Shown in pieces: positions 34,827 to 42,620 of a stretch of 43,797 nt of DNA. The DNA lies in assembly GCA_964427985.1 (NCBI GenBank), contig CAYRWJ010000002.1, positions 1-43,797 on the forward strand, given 5' to 3'. Source of the stretch: an uncultured Methanosarcinales archaeon. Lineage in GTDB: Archaea > Nanobdellota > Nanobdellia > Woesearchaeales > JABIAG01. Below the pieces are notes generated by a model. It worked only from the letters and a program-made list of their open reading frames with translations. It was not told the origin of the DNA and did not search any database. Position 1 is the first letter of the stretch. Every line of letters starts with the position of its first letter. The translations under genes were made by a program, and so were the position numbers.

Positions 34827-34934
34827 CTTCATTTCATTTCGTTCTGGGCATAAAGTTTTTGCTAGAAAACTTTATACTGCATCACTTCATTTCATTTCGT
34901 TCTGGGCATAAAGTTTTTGCTAGAAAACTTTATA
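34827..34934 (+). repeat. perfect 50-bp tandem duplication (period 58) containing the rps17e BRE/TATA and a 10-bp inverted repeat
   Basis: cttcatttcatttcgttctgggcataaagtttttgctagaaaactttata occurs at 34827-34876 and again at 34885-34934, separated by ctgcatca. Each copy holds ataaagtttt tgctag aaaactttat. The distal copy's TATA is about 25 nt from the rps17e ATG. Confidence 0.95.
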
Positions 34935-34958
34935 AAAGGAATAGTGCTACTTTATGGT

Positions 34959-35147
34959 ATGGGACGAATTAAAACACAACTAATAAAGAGAGCATCACAT
35001 AAGTTGATAGAAACACATCCGACAAGGTTTAAAAAAACTTTTGAAGAAAACAAACCCCTGGTAGAAGACTCCGCAGATATAAAAAGTAAGAAATTACGAA
35101 ATGTTATAACTGGGTATGTTACAAGATTAGTAAAAACAAGGAGGTAA
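34959..35147 (+). CDS. rps17e: 30S ribosomal protein S17e
   Basis: MGRIKTQLIKRASHKLIETHPTRFKKTFEENKPLVE...LRNVITGYVTRLVK. ATG at 34959 (the track start at 34917 is a TTG inside the repeat). Confidence 0.9.
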   Translation: MGRIKTQLIKRASHKLIETHPTRFKKTFEENKPLVEDSADIKSKKLRNVITGYVTRLVKTRR

Positions 35148-35149
35148 AA

Positions 35150-35434
35150 ATGTCTGATGACAACTCAATATTTATTGGGAACCGACCGTTTATGAACTAT
35201 GTTACGGGAGTAGTAATGCAATTTACCACAAAGGGCGCAGAAGAAGTGATAGTAAAAGCAAGAGGTAAGTTTATTGCAAGAGCAGTAGATGTATCGGAAG
35301 TTTCTGCAAAAAGATTTCTAGAAGGAAGTGTAAAAGTAAAAGATATTAAAATTGACAGTGAAGAATTTGAAAATAAAGAAGGAAAACAAGTAAGAGTTTC
35401 CACAATAGAAATCGCATTAGAAAAAACCAAATAA
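35150..35434 (+). CDS. albA: DNA/RNA-binding protein Alba
   Basis: 94 aa. NSIFIGNRPFMNYVTGVVMQF...VIVKARGKFIARAVDVSEV. SD ggaggt lies 5 nt upstream. Confidence 0.9.
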   Translation: MSDDNSIFIGNRPFMNYVTGVVMQFTTKGAEEVIVKARGKFIARAVDVSEVSAKRFLEGSVKVKDIKIDSEEFENKEGKQVRVSTIEIALEKTK

Positions 35435-35438
35435 AAAA

Positions 35439-35467
35439 TTTCTTTTTCTTTTTTTTAACTTTTTTTA
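35439..35467 (+). terminator. T-rich tract after albA
   Basis: tttctttttcttttttttaactttttt follows the stop codon. Confidence 0.45.
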
Positions 35468-35509
35468 CAACGATAAATTTATAAAGGTTTTAACTCAAGG
35501 ATTTAATTG

Positions 35510-36391
35510 ATGAAAAAAAGAAAACTTCCTGTCTGGGTAATAATAATTCTTGTTTTAATTGTACTTTCAGTTATTGGATATATGATGCCTGAACATAGTG
35601 GAAATGTGGCTTTAATAAAAGTAGAAGGAGTAATTACGACGCAGGGCGCAAATTCATTATTTACAAAAAGTCAATCATCTTCAAGTATAGTGAAAAAAAT
35701 ACAAATTGCAGAAGAAGATAAACGAATAAAAGCAATAATTTTAGAAATTAATTCTCCTGGCGGAAGCCCAGTTGGAAGTAAAGAAATAGTGGATGCAGTA
35801 TTAAAAACTGAAAAACCAGTAATAGCATATGTTAGAGATGTTGGTGCATCAGGAGGGTATTGGGTTGCATCAGCAGCAGATGTTCTTTTATCATCAGAAT
35901 TATCTTTAGTAGGAAGTATAGGAGTAAATGGAGCATACTTAGAATTTTCAGGATTTTTAAATGAATACAATATAAGTTACATACCTTTAACATCTGGAAA
36001 ATATAAAGATATTAAAAGTCCATTTAAAGAATTAAGTACTGATGATGAAACCAGATTAAGAGAAAAGTTAGATTTAATGCATGAATATTTTTTAGAATCT
36101 GTAAAGAAAAATAGGGGTTTAACAGATGAACAAATACTTGAAGTTAAAGAAGCAGATATTTATTTAGGATTACAAGCAAAAAAACTAGGATTAATAGATG
36201 CTTTTGGCGGAAAAGATGAAGCACTAAAACTTATTGAAGACCAGTTAGATATTGAAACCGAAATAGAACCATTTGAAGACGAAATGGGATTATTAGATTT
36301 GTTCTCAAAAATTATGGCAGAACAAAGTTTTAATATAGGTAAAGGGTTGAGTAATAATTTATTTAAAAATGAAGGTTTAATGTTAAAATAA
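35510..36391 (+). CDS. sppA: signal peptide peptidase SppA (S49 family, short form)
   Basis: N-terminal TM VWVIIILVLIVLSVIGY. EINSPGGSP and the catalytic-Ser context GASGGYWVASAAD. Confidence 0.85.
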   Translation: MKKRKLPVWVIIILVLIVLSVIGYMMPEHSGNVALIKVEGVITTQGANSLFTKSQSSSSIVKKIQIAEEDKRIKAIILEINSPGGSPVGSKEIVDAVLKTEKPVIAYVRDVGASGGYWVASAADVLLSSELSLVGSIGVNGAYLEFSGFLNEYNISYIPLTSGKYKDIKSPFKELSTDDETRLREKLDLMHEYFLESVKKNRGLTDEQILEVKEADIYLGLQAKKLGLIDAFGGKDEALKLIEDQLDIETEIEPFEDEMGLLDLFSKIMAEQSFNIGKGLSNNLFKNEGLMLK

Positions 36392-36392
36392 A

Positions 36393-39300
36393 ATGAAGTG
36401 GGGAGTATTATTAATAGTATTAATTTTCTTAACATCATTAGTTTTAGCATCAGAAAAAAACGAAATAAATACTAAATTTTTTGAAGAATCAAATTTTGTA
36501 ACAAATTCTCAAGAAGTTCAAGGGTATGTGGTAATAAAAGGAAATGTAACTGGGTTAAACGTTGTTGAAAGAATACAAAAAAATATTTATGTAGTTAATA
36601 TAAAAAATACAAAAAATAGGTTGATTGAAGAAACTCAGAATTCAGAGGGTCAAGTAAGGGGTTATGAAGTTCTTGGAAAAATAAAACCTCAAACAAAAAT
36701 AAAACAAGAAATAGAAAACAAAGCAAAAATATTTTTTTATAGTGATGTAAAAGAAAAAGAAAAAGAAGAAATTGCAAAAAAGTATGGAAAAATAATTTCA
36801 AATGATTTGGACGCCATAGAAATAGAATTAATAGGAGATATAAATCATTTAGCATCTGAAGAGACAGTTTATTTCTTAGAATCAGTACCTGTTTTTACTA
36901 CATTTAATAATAATGTGCGGTCATATATGAAAACTTCACAAATCTGGAATATTTTAAATTTGACGGGAGAGGGAATTTCAATAGCAGAATGGGATGAGGG
37001 TTGGGTTGGAAGTCATGTAGATATAGGTGATAAATTAATTATTGGAGACTCTGGACATTCAATAAAGCCACATGCAACTCATGTAGCCGGAATAATGATG
37101 GGAAATGGAACAAGTAATCCACTTTATAAGGGACAAGCACCAAATGTTGCACAATTGATTTCGTGGGAATGGCCAAACTCTGCCATTGAATTAAATAATG
37201 AAACAAATATTTCCGTTTCAACATATTCTGCGGTAGTATCTCAAAATTCTTGGGGATACAATCCCAACGTTAATCCTTATTTTGGTGATTATACTTCTTT
37301 TTCAAGTTATTATGATAGCATAATCTATGGTGATAAATCAGAAACTGATGATAAAATAAGTATTGTGTTTTCTGCTGGAAATTCTGGTAGTCTTGGTTAT
37401 AATAGTACCCTTGGTCCGGGAGGAACAGCAAAAAATGTAATTACTGTTGGGTCAATTGATTATGATGATATGGAAATAAGTTTTTATAGTTCATTAGGAC
37501 CGACAGATGATGGACGAATCAAACCAGATATTGTGGCAATTGGTTGCGGAACTTATGATTCAAATAAGATAACTTCAACATTACCATCTGATTCTTACGG
37601 TGGACTGTGTGGAACATCAATGGCAGCACCAGTAGTATCTGGAATAGTTGCATTAATGCATGAAGCATATAATAAAACAAATGAAGTAGATAGAATTCCT
37701 TCAACAGATAAAGCAATTTTAATTCATACTGCAACAGACCTGGGAAATGTAGGCCCAGATTATACTTATGGTTGGGGATTAGTAGACGCTAAAAAAGCAA
37801 CAAAAACAGCATTAAATGCAAACTCATATATTGTAGAAGGAAATATTTCAACCGGAGAACTATTAAATTACTCATTTAATCTATCTCATACTGCAGAAAA
37901 ATTAAAAGTAACTTTGGTATGGAGTGATCCTCCTGCAACTCCTTTTGCAAATATTGAACTTGCAACAGATTTAGGTATTAACTTAACTTATGCTGATGGA
38001 ACAGGATATTATGGATGGTTGTTAGATAAAGATAACCCCTCTGAGTTAGCAACAAAAGCAACAAATATGGGTGAAGTAGATGGTAGAAACAATGTAGAAC
38101 AAGTAGAAATAAACACTCCTGCATTAGGCGAATATAATATTACTATCCAGGGTTATTATGTAACTGACGGACCTCAAGAATTTTCCTTGATATTTTATCA
38201 AGATATATTTGAAAATGAAACACCGCAAGTGAACTTTACAATATCTTCTCCTTCAGATGGATATGTTACTGGAATATTAATACAAAATATGAGTGTAACA
38301 ACATATGATGATGTATCACAAATAATAAATTGTAGTTTAGAAATAAATGGAACAACAAATTACTCAATGAATGTGGATGCATTTATAACAAATACAACTT
38401 GTCATCTAAATCACACTTTTAAAGTAGGAGAAAACATAACCTATAAAGTATTCGCACAAGATTATAATGAAAATTGGGGAAAAAGCGAACAAAGAGATAT
38501 TAATTTTACACACATTCCAATAATACATAATACACAAATAATTTATATTTTTAATGAATCAAATGTTGTTAATATAACTTTAAACGTAAGCGATGAAGAT
38601 AGTGACACTTTAACTTATGGAATAAACTCTTCCTTGTTTACACAAGATGTAAACTCATTTAATTGGACAACAAATTATGCAGATGCGGGAACATATTCTA
38701 TATTGTTTAACGTAACTGATGGAACTGAGGTAGTAAACCAAACTGTTACTTTAGTAGTTAATGATAAAGTAAGACTAAATGCAAATGCATCAAATATAAC
38801 CTCTTCAGTAGAACTTAATATTTATGTTAATGGGAGTTTAAATGAAACAGAACTTTCTGATGTGAATGCTTTAAATTTAACTGATGCTGCAAATAATACG
38901 TTAGTAACATTTAATTGGAATTTTAGTCAAGAAAATATTAGTTTAGAACTGGATTATGTAGCAGAAAGTGGAACTTTAATAGTAAAAGGACTGAATTTAA
39001 GTTCACAAAATTTTACAAAAACAGTTTATATAAATAAATCAACATCAACATTTAATTATGTGTGTGTTGTGGATGCAGAAGTAGATTTAATATCTTCTCT
39101 TTCTTCAGATTGTTCAAATGCAAATGAAACAAATATTCCTTGCCCAGGTACAACTGGCGCATATACTTGTGCAGTAGAAGGAAATTATTTTAAAGTAGCT
39201 GGATTAAATCATTCAGCACTAAAAGGTCTTACCGTAACCGCAAGTACTCCTAATCTTAATGGTGGAGGGGGTGGTGGCGGTGGTGACGGTGATGATACAG

Positions 39301-39740
39301 AAGAAGTAATAGAAGTTTGTAAAGAAGATTGGATATGTGAAGGATTTGGAAAATGTATTGATGAGAAAAAAACTCAAAGATGTTTTGATGGAAACAATTG
39401 CGGAACAACCTTACAACAACCTTTATTAGAAAAAGAATGTGTGGTGGAAGAAATTGTTTATCAAACACAAGAAGAAATTGAACCCGAACCTGAACCAATT
39501 GTTGTTGCTGTTGAAGAAAAATCAAAATTAAAACAATTTGTTGAAAGTATTGGAATGTGGGTATCAAATTTGAAAAAAGATAAAATAAAAAAAGAAGAAA
39601 TTGAAGAAACAGTAGAAAATAAAGAATCTAATTTTAAAGTAGATAATTTAAACATAAATGAAAAAGGACAAAAAATATTATTATTTTCTATTGGAATTTT
39701 AGCATTTTTAATTGTAATAATTATAATTTTGAAACGATAA
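36393..39740 (+). CDS. large surface-anchored subtilisin-like (S8) serine protease with Ig/cadherin-like repeats and a C-terminal TM anchor
   Basis: 1115 aa. Signal peptide. Asp (AEWDEGW), His (HATHVAGIM), Asn (SAGNSG) and Ser (GTSMAAPVVSG). Cadherin-like DSDTLTYGIN...AGTYSILFNVTDG. Gly7 linker, Cys-rich module, terminal TM ILLFSIGILAFLIVIIIIL. Many N-x-S/T sequons. Confidence 0.85.
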   Translation: MKWGVLLIVLIFLTSLVLASEKNEINTKFFEESNFVTNSQEVQGYVVIKGNVTGLNVVERIQKNIYVVNIKNTKNRLIEETQNSEGQVRGYEVLGKIKPQTKIKQEIENKAKIFFYSDVKEKEKEEIAKKYGKIISNDLDAIEIELIGDINHLASEETVYFLESVPVFTTFNNNVRSYMKTSQIWNILNLTGEGISIAEWDEGWVGSHVDIGDKLIIGDSGHSIKPHATHVAGIMMGNGTSNPLYKGQAPNVAQLISWEWPNSAIELNNETNISVSTYSAVVSQNSWGYNPNVNPYFGDYTSFSSYYDSIIYGDKSETDDKISIVFSAGNSGSLGYNSTLGPGGTAKNVITVGSIDYDDMEISFYSSLGPTDDGRIKPDIVAIGCGTYDSNKITSTLPSDSYGGLCGTSMAAPVVSGIVALMHEAYNKTNEVDRIPSTDKAILIHTATDLGNVGPDYTYGWGLVDAKKATKTALNANSYIVEGNISTGELLNYSFNLSHTAEKLKVTLVWSDPPATPFANIELATDLGINLTYADGTGYYGWLLDKDNPSELATKATNMGEVDGRNNVEQVEINTPALGEYNITIQGYYVTDGPQEFSLIFYQDIFENETPQVNFTISSPSDGYVTGILIQNMSVTTYDDVSQIINCSLEINGTTNYSMNVDAFITNTTCHLNHTFKVGENITYKVFAQDYNENWGKSEQRDINFTHIPIIHNTQIIYIFNESNVVNITLNVSDEDSDTLTYGINSSLFTQDVNSFNWTTNYADAGTYSILFNVTDGTEVVNQTVTLVVNDKVRLNANASNITSSVELNIYVNGSLNETELSDVNALNLTDAANNTLVTFNWNFSQENISLELDYVAESGTLIVKGLNLSSQNFTKTVYINKSTSTFNYVCVVDAEVDLISSLSSDCSNANETNIPCPGTTGAYTCAVEGNYFKVAGLNHSALKGLTVTASTPNLNGGGGGGGGDGDDTEEVIEVCKEDWICEGFGKCIDEKKTQRCFDGNNCGTTLQQPLLEKECVVEEIVYQTQEEIEPEPEPIVVAVEEKSKLKQFVESIGMWVSNLKKDKIKKEEIEETVENKESNFKVDNLNINEKGQKILLFSIGILAFLIVIIIILKR

Positions 39741-40890
39741 AAACTAAATCATTTTTTCTAACTTTACTAACTTTAATTGTTATAGTGCCCTTTTTAGCTG
39801 TTGTGGTGGTTTTTTTCTCTTGAATAATCTCTTTTGCTTTAAGTGTAATAACTCCCGTTGTAGGACCTTGAATCATTAATTCATCTCCTTTTTTGAATGT
39901 ATTACTCTCTATTAATATTTCCGCTACATTATTTTTGTTATAATAATTTGTAACTTTACCAACATATTGTTTATTTTTAGTTGCTTTAGAACCATATTTG
40001 TTAGTAAACTCATTAATTGGTTGATTTAAATAAAAACCAGAAGAAAAACCCCGATTATAAACCGTTTTTAATTTTTTTATTAATTGTTTAATTCTAATTT
40101 TTGTTAATTTATTATCAATAGCGTCTCTATACGCTTCGGTAACTGTTTTAACATATTCTGGAGAACGATTTCTTCCCTCAATTTTAAAAGATGAAATGCC
40201 TGCAGATTTTAATTTGCTTATGAATTCTAAAGTGCATAAATCCTTAGCAGACATAACAAAATTATTATTTAATTTTAGTTCGAATTCTTTATCAATGTCT
40301 TTAATAACATATTCTCTTCGACAATTTTGAAGACATTCCCCTCGATTGGCAGATTTTCCAAAAGTGAATTGAGACATAAAACATCTTCCTGATACTGCTA
40401 CACACATGGCACCATGAACAAAAACTTCTAATTCAATATTTACTTTAGATTTTATTTCTTTAATTTGTTTTAAACTACATTCCCTTGCAATGATTATTCT
40501 TTTTGCTCCAAGCTTTTTGTAAAATTTAGCAGATTCTGAGTTTGATACAGATGCTTGTGTCGAAATATGAAAAGGAACTTTGTGTTTTTTGCAAATTTGA
40601 ATAACAGATAAATCCCAACAAATTACTGCAGAAATATAAGGTTTGGCAGTTTTAATAATTTGTTCAACCCGTTTTAATTCATCTTCATAAACAATTGTGT
40701 TAAGAGTAAGATAACGTTTAACTTTTTTACAAACAGTTTTTATTTTTTTTAAATCAGACAATTTAAAGTTTTTAGCATTAGAACGCATATTTAATTCATT
40801 AACTCCAAAATATACTGCATCTGCTTTAGCTTGAATGGCCGCTCTTAAACTAGTAAAATTCCCTGCGGGTGATAATAATTCAGGTTTCAT
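39721..40890 (-). CDS. peptidase U32 family protein
   Basis: 389 aa. MKPELLSPAGNFTSLRAAIQAKADAVYFG and E.FVHGAMCVAVSGRC are typical of the U32 family. Confidence 0.82.
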   Translation of the reverse strand: MKPELLSPAGNFTSLRAAIQAKADAVYFGVNELNMRSNAKNFKLSDLKKIKTVCKKVKRYLTLNTIVYEDELKRVEQIIKTAKPYISAVICWDLSVIQICKKHKVPFHISTQASVSNSESAKFYKKLGAKRIIIARECSLKQIKEIKSKVNIELEVFVHGAMCVAVSGRCFMSQFTFGKSANRGECLQNCRREYVIKDIDKEFELKLNNNFVMSAKDLCTLEFISKLKSAGISSFKIEGRNRSPEYVKTVTEAYRDAIDNKLTKIRIKQLIKKLKTVYNRGFSSGFYLNQPINEFTNKYGSKATKNKQYVGKVTNYYNKNNVAEILIESNTFKKGDELMIQGPTTGVITLKAKEIIQEKKTTTTAKKGTITIKVSKVRKNDLVFIVSKL

Positions 40891-40928
40891 ATTTGATTGT
40901 TAGAAGAATAGTTTAAGAATCTTGCGGT

Positions 40929-41576
40929 TTATTTAATTTCTGAAAGATTAATACAAGTAAAGTCTTCAATGATTCTAGGACAAGCAGTATTAACCCATGC
41001 TTGAATAAACGAAAAATCTTCTAAAGCTTGAAAATTAATATTATTTTCGATGAAAATAAATGCATTCTTTTTTTGTTTTTCTAATTTTGTTTTAAGTTTT
41101 AATGCAGAATTAAAATCTTCTTGACCTAATTTTGTTGAAACCAAAATGCCAATATTATTAGCAGAATGATATTTTAATAACGCTGTTCGTTTTTTGTTTT
41201 CAATACGGTTAATCTCGGTTTTATCTAATTCGTTTATTAAACCTGTCATAGGATTAAGAACAAAAACTGGTTTTTTAGTTTCTAAAGCAACATTAATAGG
41301 GTGAAACTTACCAGTTCCAACAAATAGAATTGCTTCAGCTTCTTTTATTTTAGCAGAACTAGATTCACATCCTAAAACTTGACCACAAAACGGTTGTTTA
41401 AATTTTTTAATAAAACATTCTTTACCTGCTTTTTCAAGTTTAACTTTTATATCTTTTAGTTGGTTAACAAATTGAACTGTGGTAATTAACCCCACTTTGT
41501 TAGGAAGTTTCTTAATAGAAGAAATATTTAATTTTATTTTATTTTTATATGTTGCATTAATTAATAATGTTTTCAT
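40929..41576 (-). CDS. truncated Dph2-like protein (diphthamide synthesis family, two-domain version)
   Basis: 215 aa. GQVLGC, FVGTGKFHP and AWVNTACPR motifs of the Dph1/Dph2 family. Collinear by eye with roughly residues 110-295 of archaeal Dph2. TATA ttttatata lies about 25 nt upstream of the ATG. Confidence 0.65.
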   Translation of the reverse strand: MKTLLINATYKNKIKLNISSIKKLPNKVGLITTVQFVNQLKDIKVKLEKAGKECFIKKFKQPFCGQVLGCESSSAKIKEAEAILFVGTGKFHPINVALETKKPVFVLNPMTGLINELDKTEINRIENKKRTALLKYHSANNIGILVSTKLGQEDFNSALKLKTKLEKQKKNAFIFIENNINFQALEDFSFIQAWVNTACPRIIEDFTCINLSEIK

Positions 41577-41648
41577 GATTGAAAAGTAATGCTTGTAGTA
41601 TATAAAACTTATTGCTTTAAGAGAAATACTACTTCCTATTCTAAGAGC

Positions 41649-42620
41649 TTAATTAAAAAACCAAAATTGTCCAACTAAAAATATAATATAAAATAATGAC
41701 AAAATAATACCATTAATTCTAGTTAAAAAACCTTTTTTAACAAAATAAAATAAAAGCATGCTGGTAATAATGGTTAATATTCCAATAAAAATATTATTTA
41801 AAACATTAAATTTTAAAGTAGTCATTAAGGCAAAAATTCCAAAAAATAAAAGTGATTTAAGAATCATACTACCCATAATGTCCCCAAACGCAACCCCTTC
41901 ATGCCCTTTTTTAATTGAATTTAGCCCTAAAAATAAATCAGGAATAGATGCACCAAAACCAATAAGAAGCGTTGCAACAATAAAAGAAGGCCAGTTCATA
42001 ATAAAAGAAATTTGCATAGAAAAATCAACTAAAAATCTAGAAGCAAGTAAAACAACAATTAAACTTAAAATAAAAATCAAAGCATCTTTCCAAATAAAAT
42101 TAATTTTAACCCCTTTCTTAAGTTTACCCAATTGTCCTTCTCTTTTCCAAAGTAAAGAAACATAAAAAGCAAAAGCAATAAGTAAAACTATGCCATCAAT
42201 AATGGTGAGTTTGCCATCTAATAATAAAAGAAATGGAAGCGCAATAAGAATTAAAACATCCCATTTAGTTTTTTCAAAGACTTTTTGGTTCATGGGTAGT
42301 TTTTTACCAACAATAGCTAATAAACCAAGAACTAAGGTTATACCCAATAAATTAGAACCAAAGATTGTACCAAATACTATGGAAGAAGAACCATAAAAAA
42401 CTCCACTTAACGAAGCTAAAAATTCTGGAGCAGAAGCACCTGCAGCAACAATAAGTAAACCAACCAAATATTCAGAAATACCTAATTTTTTAGCATAATT
42501 AGCAATACCCAAAACCAAAAAATAAGCTGCTTTAGCAAGTAAGATTAAAGATATAATTATTATAATTAAATGATACCAAATTGGAAAATTAAACGCAAAC
42601 AGTTTTATTAATTCAATCAT
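41649..42620 (-). CDS. Ca2+/cation antiporter (CaCA, YrbG-like)
   Basis: 323 aa, about 10 TM helices. Alpha-repeat motifs GASAPEF and GASIPDL. Confidence 0.85.
   Translation of the reverse strand: MIELIKLFAFNFPIWYHLIIIIISLILLAKAAYFLVLGIANYAKKLGISEYLVGLLIVAAGASAPEFLASLSGVFYGSSSIVFGTIFGSNLLGITLVLGLLAIVGKKLPMNQKVFEKTKWDVLILIALPFLLLLDGKLTIIDGIVLLIAFAFYVSLLWKREGQLGKLKKGVKINFIWKDALIFILSLIVVLLASRFLVDFSMQISFIMNWPSFIVATLLIGFGASIPDLFLGLNSIKKGHEGVAFGDIMGSMILKSLLFFGIFALMTTLKFNVLNNIFIGILTIITSMLLFYFVKKGFLTRINGIILSLFYIIFLVGQFWFFN

Noticed and set aside
34827-34934. Possible CRISPR array or minisatellite
   Set aside because: Only two copies, the spacer is 8 nt, and no further repeats or cas genes are present. 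It is a simple tandem duplication of promoter-region sequence.
39261-39296. G-rich run (ggtggagggggtggtggcggtggtgacggt) as a regulatory G-quadruplex or repeat element
   Set aside because: It lies in frame within the subtilase and encodes a Gly7-Asp-Gly-Asp-Asp linker. Coding explains it.
1503-42396. Remaining short antisense or alternative-frame ORFs in the track. They start at 1503, 2799, 5092, 6572, 6947, 9311, 11705, 12002, 12354, 16159, 16298, 18855, 19394, 20030, 25431, 26304, 26635 and 27292. The rest start at 31150, 31649, 34059, 34290, 35197, 35671, 36160, 36595, 37039, 37519, 39256, 39461, 41758 and 42190.
   Set aside because: Each lies wholly inside, or largely overlaps, a longer ORF with recognisable family motifs. 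Their products are low-complexity Phe/Leu/Ile/Ser-rich strings, and none has a promoter or SD at the right distance.
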